Below are positions 7,868 to 18,219 of a stretch of 32,000 nt of DNA, in pieces; the stretch's first letter is position 1, and every line of letters begins with the position of its first letter. The translations under genes were made by a program, and so were the position numbers. The notes beneath the pieces are model-generated. The model ran no database searches. It worked only from the letters and a program-made list of their open reading frames with translations, and was not told the DNA's origin. This stretch comes from Propionibacterium ruminifibrarum (lineage in GTDB: Bacteria; Actinomycetota; Actinomycetes; Propionibacteriales; Propionibacteriaceae). Location: the NCBI RefSeq assembly GCF_900289195.1, contig NZ_OMOH01000001.1, positions 148,706 through 180,705 on the forward strand, read 5' to 3'.

Positions 7868-8816
7868 TGGAATGCTCGGTTTTTCGGACAGTGGGCGAAA
7901 TGATCGTGAGGTAGAATTAGATCATGTCGGCACCGAAGTACGGCGCGGATTTCAAGGAACAAGTCGTTCTCGAGGTCGTCCAACAGTCCAAGCCGATAGC
8001 GGGGGTCGCCAGATCATACGGTCTTGTGGCGCAGACGGTCAGGGTGTTGGGTTGCGAAGTGGCGGAAAACACACCGGCCCCGGTACAGATGGCACCACCG
8101 GAAGAACACGCCGAGGTCAAACGCCTGAAAGCAGAACTCCGGGAAGCCCGCATGGAGGCCGAGCACCTCGAGGAAAGCGGCGGCCCTCGTTCACCCCAGG
8201 AGCCCCGGGTGAGCTCGGAATACTGCCCCAGATCTTCCAGGCCGGCCCGACCGGCTGGGAAGGGACCTGCTCGGCCACCGCTCCCGGTACGGGATGGGGA
8301 TGGGTGGGCGGAATCACGTACGTTCCGACCTGGCAGGGATTCGCCTACCTGGCGGTGGTCATGGAGCGCTTCACCCGTAAGATCATCGGCGCGCGATTGC
8401 CGGTCACATGCGCACCGAGCTCGTCACCGAAGCCCTGGCCATGGCCGCGTCGGGCCTGCCCACCGACCCGTGGGGTCACGATCTCCCCGCTCGGACCGGG
8501 GAGTCAAATACGCGTCGGCTTGTTACACGGAATTCATGACCAATCACGGGATTCTCCCGTCCGTGGGGCGGGACCGGTAGCTGCTATGGCAATGCCGCCG
8601 CTGAGTCCTTCAATGCGTTTGAAAAAGAACTCGTGGGTCAGCATGCAGCTCGAGACGTGACAGCCTGGATCGAGTTACGATACAATCACAAACGCCAACC
8701 GCTCGGCCATCGATTACCAGACCCTCAACCAAGTCGATACCGAATGGAGACAACAACACAAGACAGCAGCCTAAAGCCAACCATTAACCACTGTCTGACA
8801 AACCTATATCACTCCA
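7868..8816 (+). mobile_element. IS3-family element copy 2, an internally deleted and decayed remnant in the same orientation as copy 1
   Basis: Its left end TGGAATGCTCGGTTTTTCGGACAGTGGGCGAAATGATCGTGAGGTAGAATTAGATCATG aligns with copy 1 at 1449... Its right end is ...AACCACTGTCTGACAAACCTATATCACTCCA. orfA is recognisable (MSAPKYGADFKEQVV...). About 300 bp of the orfA/orfB junction is missing, there are many substitutions, and there is no obvious TSD. Confidence 0.8.
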
Positions 8817-8877
8817 GCCGGTAGCTCGTGTGACTCCGCGCTGATGGGCAGCTGGTACGTCCGCTCGTGTTGTGCGG

Positions 8878-9074
8878 TCAGTTCAGGAGCCGAGCGAGTA
8901 GCTCGGCTTTGTCGAGACGTGCAACTAGGTGGTAATCTTTGCCAGACTCTCAACAAGTACCTCTTGCACTGTGTTCTGCCACGCGGGGAATTCCTAACCG
9001 GCCTGCTGCACGCCAAGGCTAAAAGCTTGCTCTTTAAGCTCCTCAAGGACTTCGATGGCGCGCTCTGCCCTCAT
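8878..9074 (-). pseudogene. Decayed small ORF (about 65 codons) translationally coupled to the upstream HEPN-motif gene
   Basis: Its ATG at 9074 overlaps the TGA of the 281-aa ORF (ATGA). The translation is MRAERAIEVLEELKEQAFSLGVQQAG*EFPAWQNTVQEVLVESLAKITT, then a +1 shift to LVARLDKAELLARLLN*. It looks like a helical protein but carries an in-frame TAG and a frameshift. Confidence 0.3.
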
Positions 9075-9916
9075 CCTTCGTCCCCTTGGGCCAGTCTGAG
9101 AATGAGCGCACCCACGATGTGCACCATAAGCCACCCGTCTGCTGTGCTCGCATTCCCTGTGCCGGGGTGGGCGTCGCTCTTCTGGTTACGCACGCTTGCC
9201 ACCCAGCTCATGCTTTTCTCAATAGACTCGAGAAGGGGCGAATCCTCTCCTCCAAGGACATCTTTGGTCTTGGCATCCTTGAACTGTCGGTTGAGGGTCT
9301 CTCCCTCGCAGCCCACTGCCTTGAGCATCTCCTGGAGGGCTGTTCCCGCGTCGGTGAGGGCGTCTGCGGGGTTTCCCTGTGCGAGTTCCTCTAGCGCGGC
9401 TGTGTAGGCCTTCTCCACGCTTTCAAGGTAGGGTCGCCCGGACAAGAGCGTGAGAGTGGGCTCCATAATTGAAGCATGAAGTTCCTGCGATTTTTTCTGA
9501 CACATATTTCCGTCAATGAAATCGTAAGCAATGCGATGTTCATTCAGATTTCTTTTGATAAAAGCATCATACTCCGAGAGGTCGAAACGTTGCCACCCAT
9601 GAGACATGACCTGCTCGAGGCCAAAGCGCAAGGCCTCAATGATGTCAGGAACCGTCTCGTTCGGACCGAAGATCAGAGCATTCATTACGTCGGCATACTC
9701 TTCTAATTGGATGTGGTGGAGGTATGGCTTTCCCAACTCGAGCAGCATCTGATTTCGTGCTGTGTTGCAAATGCTCCATGCATACTCGAACAGATCTATG
9801 TAGTTTTTCACCTTGTAGCGGAAAGACTCATCGAATTCATCGGTCCAGAAGGAGACACCTTGAGCTTCCTGCTCGGCCATCTCCTGGAGTCGCTTCCGTC
9901 GTGAGTGGAGCGCCAT
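9071..9916 (-). CDS. Hypothetical protein with a C-terminal HEPN-like Rx6H motif (AbiJ/Ymh-like, possible abortive-infection RNase)
   Basis: The 281-aa ORF lies in low-GC DNA with an AGGAG RBS before the ATG. A C-terminal helical region (ALTDAGTALQEMLKAV...) ends in VRNQKSDAHPG (RNxxxxxH at 9167..9190). The family assignment is from memory of HEPN signatures and is not verified. Confidence 0.55.
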   Translation of the reverse strand: MALHSRRKRLQEMAEQEAQGVSFWTDEFDESFRYKVKNYIDLFEYAWSICNTARNQMLLELGKPYLHHIQLEEYADVMNALIFGPNETVPDIIEALRFGLEQVMSHGWQRFDLSEYDAFIKRNLNEHRIAYDFIDGNMCQKKSQELHASIMEPTLTLLSGRPYLESVEKAYTAALEELAQGNPADALTDAGTALQEMLKAVGCEGETLNRQFKDAKTKDVLGGEDSPLLESIEKSMSWVASVRNQKSDAHPGTGNASTADGWLMVHIVGALILRLAQGDEG

Positions 9917-10084
9917 GTTGTCTCCTGCTGTGTCTGTGTATTGAGCAAGCTACTTGCGAGTTCTGCATGACCTGACAGCTCTTATGCTGCTGCCGTCCAC
10001 TGGCAGTTTCCCGATGAGACCGTCAGCGCTACTGATGACGGGGCATAGGGTAGCGCTAACAGTTCTCACTCTGACTTGAGCTAG

Positions 10085-11050
10085 TTAATCAGTCGCGTCC
10101 AGAATGTCTTCTTCACTGCTTTCTTTCGCGTCTTTGGGGCCTGCAACGGGAGACTCAATGAACTTCGGTAGCGCATCGACAAAGAAATGATCGATGGAGC
10201 GGATGTGCTGTCTCAGGAGTGGGTCACTCTCCATCATGGGGAGCAGATCACAGTAGAAGACGCCGTCGAGAGGGTTTAGCTTCACCGTGTAGCCCTTGAA
10301 ATGGCCTCGAAGGAAGGTTTGACTGATACCGTAATTGGGTTCTTTCCCCTTTCTCTGTACATCGTGGAGGAAGATGGCGAAGTGGGGTAGCTCCACACTT
10401 GTCAGACGGTTGTAGAGAAACTTGTCGATGAAGACCTTGTCTAGGCGGTCTTTGCTGGATGTCTTAACTGACCCGATGGCCTTCAGGTCACCCTTCACCT
10501 CTACCATGAGGTCGTGCTGGTAGTTCATCTTGAAGAGCTCAGTATTGTTCTCGTCCTTCACCGGTACAGCCAGCACGCCGGAGTGACACTCAGCCCCGCA
10601 CTCCTCAACTAGGAGGCCAATGAAGCGCTCGAAGAGATCGCCGTTCACCTTTCGGGCTTGGTTGCTTGCTCCTACTGGAAGAGCGTCGAGGGCAGCACCG
10701 ATGGTCTGCTGTGAGGTGTAGATGACTCGCTGAAGAGCGCGGCGCCCCTCTGCGCCGACCTCTTCTCCATCCGCGCATGCTTGGAGCGTCTCAATGAAGG
10801 TTGCCCGTGCCGCCTCGAAGTTTTCTAAGTCGTAGAAGATATCGCTGTTGATTGGGCGCGAGATTTGAAATCCGGCCTCCTCTTTGAACTGGATAAAGCG
10901 GTAACGGTGGTCGTTTTTCGCTACTAATTCAGCCTGCATTCCTCCATTGGACCGCCACTCCATGAAAGCGGTGGCGAAGGTCAAGTAGTCCTGTGGCATA
11001 GTGAAGCGGGACTTGTCAATGGCCCACTCGCGGAGTTGGATAATGTTCAT
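10085..11050 (-). CDS. Putative type II restriction endonuclease, partner of the upstream methyltransferase
   Basis: The 321-aa ORF starts with an ATGA overlap on the methyltransferase stop. A candidate PD-(D/E)XK-like hairpin is QHDLMVEVKGDLKAIGSVKTSSKDR (D-x13-SVK, or KD...EVK), preceded by the helix DLFERFIG. I recognise no other domain. Confidence 0.55.
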   Translation of the reverse strand: MNIIQLREWAIDKSRFTMPQDYLTFATAFMEWRSNGGMQAELVAKNDHRYRFIQFKEEAGFQISRPINSDIFYDLENFEAARATFIETLQACADGEEVGAEGRRALQRVIYTSQQTIGAALDALPVGASNQARKVNGDLFERFIGLLVEECGAECHSGVLAVPVKDENNTELFKMNYQHDLMVEVKGDLKAIGSVKTSSKDRLDKVFIDKFLYNRLTSVELPHFAIFLHDVQRKGKEPNYGISQTFLRGHFKGYTVKLNPLDGVFYCDLLPMMESDPLLRQHIRSIDHFFVDALPKFIESPVAGPKDAKESSEEDILDATD

Positions 11051-12012
11051 CGGATCGAGCCTCTTCTTTCGGCGTTGCGGCGATCGTGCTCGAACCAGTC
11101 ATCTTCGGTCTGGAAAGGGACACGAGCGAGGCGCTCGGCTGCCCAGCTGTTGTAGGTGGGGTCAAGCTCGCAGGCAAGCCACCGCCGCTCGAGCTGGGTG
11201 GCAACCACAGCGGTTGTTCCCGATCCAGAGAATGGGTCTACGACAAGATCGCCTGGTCGAGACCCCGCGAAAACGAACTTTCTTACGAGCTCTTCGGGCT
11301 TCTGAGTCGGGTGTGGAGTTTTCTCGTTCATTCCGTTGCAGGTGGTGGGAACTTCGATGACATCCTTGGGCTTGGCGCCCAGCGGGTGCGGCATCCAATT
11401 ATCTCGCTTACTAGGTCCTTTGCCGTAGGCGGATGTCTCCGCTTGTGGGTGGGAGGGGTATTTGAGTGTGTGATTCCCGTAGGGAATGCGCACATGGTCG
11501 ATGTCGTGGAGCTTCTGAGCCTTGCTCTTTCGTAGATGCAGGATGCTTTCGTGAGAGCGTCCCCAGTCGTTACCCAGATTCGCCTTATTCTTGTAGTGCC
11601 AGACCAGCCAGCGTGACGCCTTGAAGTATCTACTAGCGGGGTGCTTGAGGTCAGCAAGAATCTCGGAGAAGCCACAAATGTAGAGGCTTCCTGTAGGGCT
11701 GAGGATGCGGCTGGCCTCACTGATCCATTGCAGAGACCACTCTATGTAAGCCTCCTGTGACTCGAAGTTGTCCCAGTCTGCCTTCTTGATGTTGTAGGGT
11801 GGGTCGGCAAAGACGAGCTCCACGCTCCCGCTTGGAAGTGTCGTTAACCATTGAAGCGAGTCTCCTTGAAACAGCGTCCCCTGTTCCGTGAGTACTTGCT
11901 CTTGACAGCGACCTACGCCCACCGGCTCAAAGTTCGCCTCTTGGGCTAGGTCGTGGACGGAGCGAATGTCGTGGTTGAATAGGGGTACTGCGGACTGTCT
12001 TGTTGTGACCAT
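11047..12012 (-). CDS. Beta-class DNA methyltransferase (N6-adenine or N4-cytosine), N6_N4_Mtase type
   Basis: The motif order is that of the beta class: FADPPYNI (motif IV, 11794..11805) comes before VVDPFSGSGTT (motif I) near the C-terminus. An AGGGAG RBS precedes the ATG at 12012. Confidence 0.85.
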   Translation of the reverse strand: MVTTRQSAVPLFNHDIRSVHDLAQEANFEPVGVGRCQEQVLTEQGTLFQGDSLQWLTTLPSGSVELVFADPPYNIKKADWDNFESQEAYIEWSLQWISEASRILSPTGSLYICGFSEILADLKHPASRYFKASRWLVWHYKNKANLGNDWGRSHESILHLRKSKAQKLHDIDHVRIPYGNHTLKYPSHPQAETSAYGKGPSKRDNWMPHPLGAKPKDVIEVPTTCNGMNEKTPHPTQKPEELVRKFVFAGSRPGDLVVDPFSGSGTTAVVATQLERRWLACELDPTYNSWAAERLARVPFQTEDDWFEHDRRNAERRGSIR

Positions 12013-12263
12013 GAGCTCCCTGTCTGTCTCGTAGGGGGATAGCCTATCGAGGGGCTATGACACTTTAGGGGTCACAGCCCTGTGACTAAAATGTTGTGGG
12101 TCGTGACGTTGTTGGCGCCGAACGACCCCCGGGGAGCCGGGTGAGGTGGGGTGCCGGTCTTTGCTGGGTCGGTTCATCGCCTCGTGAGGCTGAGGTAGCA
12201 GGTCTCGACAACTGTCGTTGACGGGGATCGGGTCCATGGCTTCCGCCATCCTTACCGGGCCTT

Positions 12264-13220
12264 TCAGCGGAACGACGTCGAGGCATCGTCCAGGGCCGAC
12301 ACCTCATCGGCGGTCAACTCGAGGGTGGCCGAGGCGAGCAGAGCCGGGAGCTGTTCCGGGGTGCGGGCCGAGGCGATCGGCGCGGTGACCCCCTTGGCGC
12401 GCAGCCAGGCCAACGCGACCGTGCTCACCTCGACCTCGTGAGCATTCGCGACACCCCGCACCACGTCGAGCAGCGAGAACGCGGCCAGCGTGACCGCTTC
12501 GTCGGGCAGATAGGCGTCGATCATGTCCGCCCGGGCCGTGCCCTGGACGTCCTGAGGTGAGCGGTACTTGCCGGTCAGCAGCCCTGAGGCGAGCGAGAAG
12601 TAGGGGAAGACGGCCAGGTCGAACTCGCGGGCGAGCGGCCCGTAACCGTTCTCCACGTCGCCGCGGTGCAGCAGGTTGTACTGCGGCTGCAGGGCCACCG
12701 GACGGGCCAGGCCCTGCCGATCGGCGTACTCGATCCAGGCGCGTTCGCGTTCGACGGAGAAGTTCGACAAGCCGATGTGGCGCACCGTTCCGTTCCTGAC
12801 GAGGGCGTCGAAGGCCGTGGCCATGTCCTCGACGCTCTGGCTCTGGTCGTCGAAGTGGGCGTAGTACAGGTCGATGCGGTCCGTGCCGAGGCGTTCCAGG
12901 GATGCCTGCGCGGCGGCCGCGATGTTGGTGGGGGAGAGGCCCTTGAACTGCGGGTGCGTGGCCACCTTGGTGGCGATCACCACCTGGTCGCGGTTGCCGC
13001 GGGCTGCGAGCCATCGCCCGATGATCGTCTCGGACTCGCCGCCGCTGTTGCCCGGGGCCCAGGCCGAGTAGCCGTCCGCGGTGTCGATGAGTGACCCGCC
13101 GGCCTCGACGAAGGCATCGAGTACGGCGAACGAGGTCTTCTCGTCGCTGGTCCAGCCGAAGGTGTTGGCGCCCAGGACGAGCGGGAGGATGTCGATGTCG
13201 GTACGCGGAATCTGCACCAC
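12264..13220 (-). CDS. Aldo/keto reductase family oxidoreductase
   Basis: Motifs are LGANTFGW...LDAFVEAGGSLIDTADGYS...LERLGTDRIDLYYAHFDD...GTVRHIGLSNF. The ORF is open to 13277, but GTG 13220 preceded by AAGGGG is the more likely start. Confidence 0.85.
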   Translation of the reverse strand: MVQIPRTDIDILPLVLGANTFGWTSDEKTSFAVLDAFVEAGGSLIDTADGYSAWAPGNSGGESETIIGRWLAARGNRDQVVIATKVATHPQFKGLSPTNIAAAAQASLERLGTDRIDLYYAHFDDQSQSVEDMATAFDALVRNGTVRHIGLSNFSVERERAWIEYADRQGLARPVALQPQYNLLHRGDVENGYGPLAREFDLAVFPYFSLASGLLTGKYRSPQDVQGTARADMIDAYLPDEAVTLAAFSLLDVVRGVANAHEVEVSTVALAWLRAKGVTAPIASARTPEQLPALLASATLELTADEVSALDDASTSFR

Positions 13221-13394
13221 GGGAACCCCTTTCAGCGTCTGGCCCCATCGTAGGGGCACAGGCCACAGGCGGGTCACCGGATGAGATCAAGCCCACGCCA
13301 CTTGCGGGCTGCCATGGCGCGGGCCGGTGCGGGCGCGGCATGCAAGGACCCGGTGTGCGAGAAAAGCGGCCCCATGGCACGGGACCGTCATCTG

Positions 13395-13468
<74 letters not shown>

Positions 13469-13864
13469 CCGGGCCATCACGGCCCGCCGCTGAACTCTAG
13501 CCCATGTCACTCGTGGTTTTCCAGTCGAGTCCTCGGGGCATGTCCGGGCCCGGGGCCGTGGCGCCACCACTGCACCTGATGCCACCGCGGTCCTCGAGTC
13601 AGTCCGGGGTCGTATCAGCGCGGATCATCGGTAACGACTATGGTTGCACCCGAGACACGAGCTCAGCGCCGAGCCTGGTGTCTGGCGTGAACGGCTCACA
13701 CCCCCGTGACAAGCCGGGAAACGTCAGCTCTGCGCAGAGGACACCAGTCCCTGTTCCGCTCTGAGAGGAATGGACGGGCACTGATTCCCCTAAGGGTTCT
13801 GAGAAGATGTGTCACGGCGGGCCCACCCCTGGTGCCCGCGATCCGTTGCGATGAAGGAGTCGGT

Positions 13865-14350
13865 ATGGAGGAAGTGGACACAATCCTCGAAGTCGAGAGA
13901 GAGTTCGCCTGTCCCCGCGACGTACTGTTCAGGGCATTCACCGAGCCCGCCGCGTTCAGTCAGTGGTTCGCACCGACCGGCTGGCACGTGCTCCCCGAGT
14001 CGGTGGAGCTGAACCCCCAGCTGGGCGGTCGCATCCGCCACACGAAGGTGCGCGACGACGACCCCGAGAAGATCTGGGTCGTCGACGGTGTCTACACGGA
14101 GGTCTTCTACCCCGACGTCCTCGTCACGCGCCAGCGCATCAGCGGCATCGCCGGGATCGACCCGAGCCGTCCGGTCGAGCTGCGCGTGGAGTTCACCCGA
14201 CTGGGCCAGGGCAAGACGCTGCTGAGGATCGTCCAGGGGCCCTACACCGAGTCCGCAGCCCTGGACTACTCCGACGGCTGGGAGTCCATCCTCGACCACC
14301 TCCAGACCTACCTCGACACCCTCAACACACCCAAGGACACCACGCGATGA
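13865..14350 (+). CDS. SRPBCC/AHSA1-like domain protein
   Basis: MEEVDTILEVEREFACPRDVLFRAFTEPAAFSQWFAPTGW...GWESILDHLQTYL follows the Aha1/START-like pattern. The upstream part of the 13706 ORF does not look coding. Confidence 0.65.
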   Translation: MEEVDTILEVEREFACPRDVLFRAFTEPAAFSQWFAPTGWHVLPESVELNPQLGGRIRHTKVRDDDPEKIWVVDGVYTEVFYPDVLVTRQRISGIAGIDPSRPVELRVEFTRLGQGKTLLRIVQGPYTESAALDYSDGWESILDHLQTYLDTLNTPKDTTR

Positions 14351-15720
14351 GCCAGACCACCACGGCCACCACCGTCATCCGGCGCAAGCCGATGATGTCG
14401 ATGAAGCAGATTCTCCTCATGAACCTGGGCTTCTTCGGCATCCAGTACTCGTTCGGCATGCAGCAGACGGCCATCAACCCGATCTACAACTTCCTCGGCG
14501 CCTCGCCGGAGCAGCTGCCCCTGCTCAACATGGCCGGTCCGATCACCGGCCTGTTCATTCAGCCCCTCATCGGCTCCCTGTCCGACCGGACGTGGAGCGA
14601 GCGCTGGGGCCGACGCAAGCCCTTCTTCCTCATCGGCGCCACCGGGTGCGCGGTCTGCCTGTTCTGCTTCCCGTTCGTCTCGGCCGTCTGGATGGCGGCG
14701 TTGCTGCTGTGGCTGCTCGACGCCTCGAACAACACGGCCATGGAGCCCTACCGCGCCTTCATCGCCGACAAGCTGCCCCCGAGCCAGACGGCCAAGGGCT
14801 TCCTGGCGCAGAGCTTCTTCACGGGCCTGGGCATCACGCTCGCCAACATCTCCCTGTTCCTGTTCCAGCACGTCCTGTCGGGCATGACTGCCGCCGGGCT
14901 GCCGTACTGGGTCTTCGGCTCGTTCATGCTCGGCTCGGTCTGCTCGATCGGCACCGTGCTCGTCTCCGTGCTCAGCACCCCGGAGATCCCGCCCTCGCCG
15001 GAGGAGCTGGCCAGGCTTCGGTCGAAGCAGAACGACAACGCCCTCAAGGGCATCTGGACGGCCATCGTCGAGATGCCCACCCAGCTGCGCAAGCTCGCCC
15101 TGGTCTACCTGTTCCAGTGGTACGCGATGAACGTCTACTGGCAGTACGTGTCGCTGTCGGTCGCCAAGAGCGCCTTCGACACCACGGACACCCACTCGTC
15201 CGCCTACGAGTCCGCCGTCACCTGGACCGGGTTGATCAACGGCGGCTACAACGTCGTCACCTTCTGCGTGGCCTTCTCGCTGGTCGCCTTCGCCAAGAAG
15301 CACGGCGCCAAGTACGTGCACTCGGCCTGCCTCATGCTCGCCGTGATAGGTCTGCTGTTCTTCCCCCACATCGGCAACAGGTTCCTGCTGTTCCTGCCGA
15401 TCATCGGCCTGGGCGTCGCCTGGGCCTCCATCATGGGTGTGCCCTACATCATGGCCGTGCGCATGGTGCCGTCCAGCCGCTACGGCGTCTACATGGGCAT
15501 CATCAACATGATGATCGTCATCCCGCAGCTGCTGCAGACCCTCACCTTCGGCGCGGTGTACAAGCACCTGCTCGGTTCCAACCCGACCAACGCCATCACC
15601 TTCGCAGCCATCCTGCTCGGGTGCGCCGCGGTGGCAATGCTCTGGATCAAGGAGCCGCCGATCGTGCGCGACGTGGACGACGTCTCTGCCCCGGCCAAGG
15701 TCCAGATGGGGGAGGAGTGA
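14347..15720 (+). CDS. MFS/GPH-type sugar:cation symporter, sucrose-transporter-like
   Basis: It has 12 predicted hydrophobic segments, and LSDRTWSERWGRRKPFFLIG resembles the RxGRR(K/R)PF loop of SUC/SLC45-type carriers. Its start overlaps the previous stop (ATGA). An amylosucrase gene lies in the same operon. Confidence 0.8.
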   Translation: MSQTTTATTVIRRKPMMSMKQILLMNLGFFGIQYSFGMQQTAINPIYNFLGASPEQLPLLNMAGPITGLFIQPLIGSLSDRTWSERWGRRKPFFLIGATGCAVCLFCFPFVSAVWMAALLLWLLDASNNTAMEPYRAFIADKLPPSQTAKGFLAQSFFTGLGITLANISLFLFQHVLSGMTAAGLPYWVFGSFMLGSVCSIGTVLVSVLSTPEIPPSPEELARLRSKQNDNALKGIWTAIVEMPTQLRKLALVYLFQWYAMNVYWQYVSLSVAKSAFDTTDTHSSAYESAVTWTGLINGGYNVVTFCVAFSLVAFAKKHGAKYVHSACLMLAVIGLLFFPHIGNRFLLFLPIIGLGVAWASIMGVPYIMAVRMVPSSRYGVYMGIINMMIVIPQLLQTLTFGAVYKHLLGSNPTNAITFAAILLGCAAVAMLWIKEPPIVRDVDDVSAPAKVQMGEE

Positions 15721-15723
15721 GCC

Positions 15724-16245
15724 ATGGACCTCGATCGCTACCAGAAGATCCTCGTCGGCACGGACGGATCGTCCCTCGCCGGCCCCACCGTCACCCGGGC
15801 GGCCCGGCTGGCCGTGGCCGACGACGCAGACCTCATCGTCGTGTGCGCCTACACGAAGCTGCCTCCCCGCGAGGCCGCCAAGGACCCCAACATCGAGGGC
15901 TCGGTGGCCACACTCGGCCAGGTGCCCGGCACTGAGGCGGCGACTCAGGCGATCCAGGAGGCCATGCGGGTCGCCCACGACGAGGGGGCCCGCGTGACGG
16001 CGGCCCTGCTCGTGGACTCAGACCCGGCCGCGGCGATCCTCGAGACCGCCCGAGACCACCGGGTCGACGCCATCGTCATCGGCGCCATCCGCGACACCTC
16101 GATCGTCGGCCGCCTGCTGGGGACGGTGGCCTCCGACGTCGTGCGTCGAGCCCACCGCGACGTACTCATCGTGCGCCCCACCGAGGACGCCCCGGAGCCG
16201 AACGTGGCCGAGGACGTCCAAGTCGACGATGTCACGGAGGACTGA
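15724..16245 (+). CDS. Universal stress protein (UspA family)
   Basis: The pattern is ILVGTDGS...AVADDADLIVVCAY...RVDAIVIGA...GRLLGTVASDVVRRAHRDVLIV. A GGAGGAG RBS is present. Confidence 0.85.
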   Translation: MDLDRYQKILVGTDGSSLAGPTVTRAARLAVADDADLIVVCAYTKLPPREAAKDPNIEGSVATLGQVPGTEAATQAIQEAMRVAHDEGARVTAALLVDSDPAAAILETARDHRVDAIVIGAIRDTSIVGRLLGTVASDVVRRAHRDVLIVRPTEDAPEPNVAEDVQVDDVTED

Positions 16246-16248
16246 GGC

Positions 16249-18129
<1,881 letters not shown>

Positions 18130-18219
18130 CGCCCTACCCCCACTCGGCCCGTGCTTGCCGGCCGGCGCTGTTCTGCGACAATGGCGGCAGCGAGGAGAAC
18201 CGACGATGGGGGATGAGCC

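Noticed and set aside
1449-8816. A composite transposon formed by the two IS3 copies and carrying the ParB-like/Dam genes
   Set aside because: Copy 1 has its own 3-bp TSD (ACT/ACT), showing that it inserted alone. The outer flanks of the pair do not form a duplication. Copy 2 is internally deleted and diverged, and lacks an intact transposase.
8804-9046. An 80-aa minus-strand ORF (MRSLKSKLLALACSRPVRNSP...)
   Set aside because: It is Arg/Ser-rich and implausible. Another frame of the same region gives a protein-like helical sequence that starts with an ATGA overlap on the upstream gene, so I reported that frame as a decayed ORF instead.
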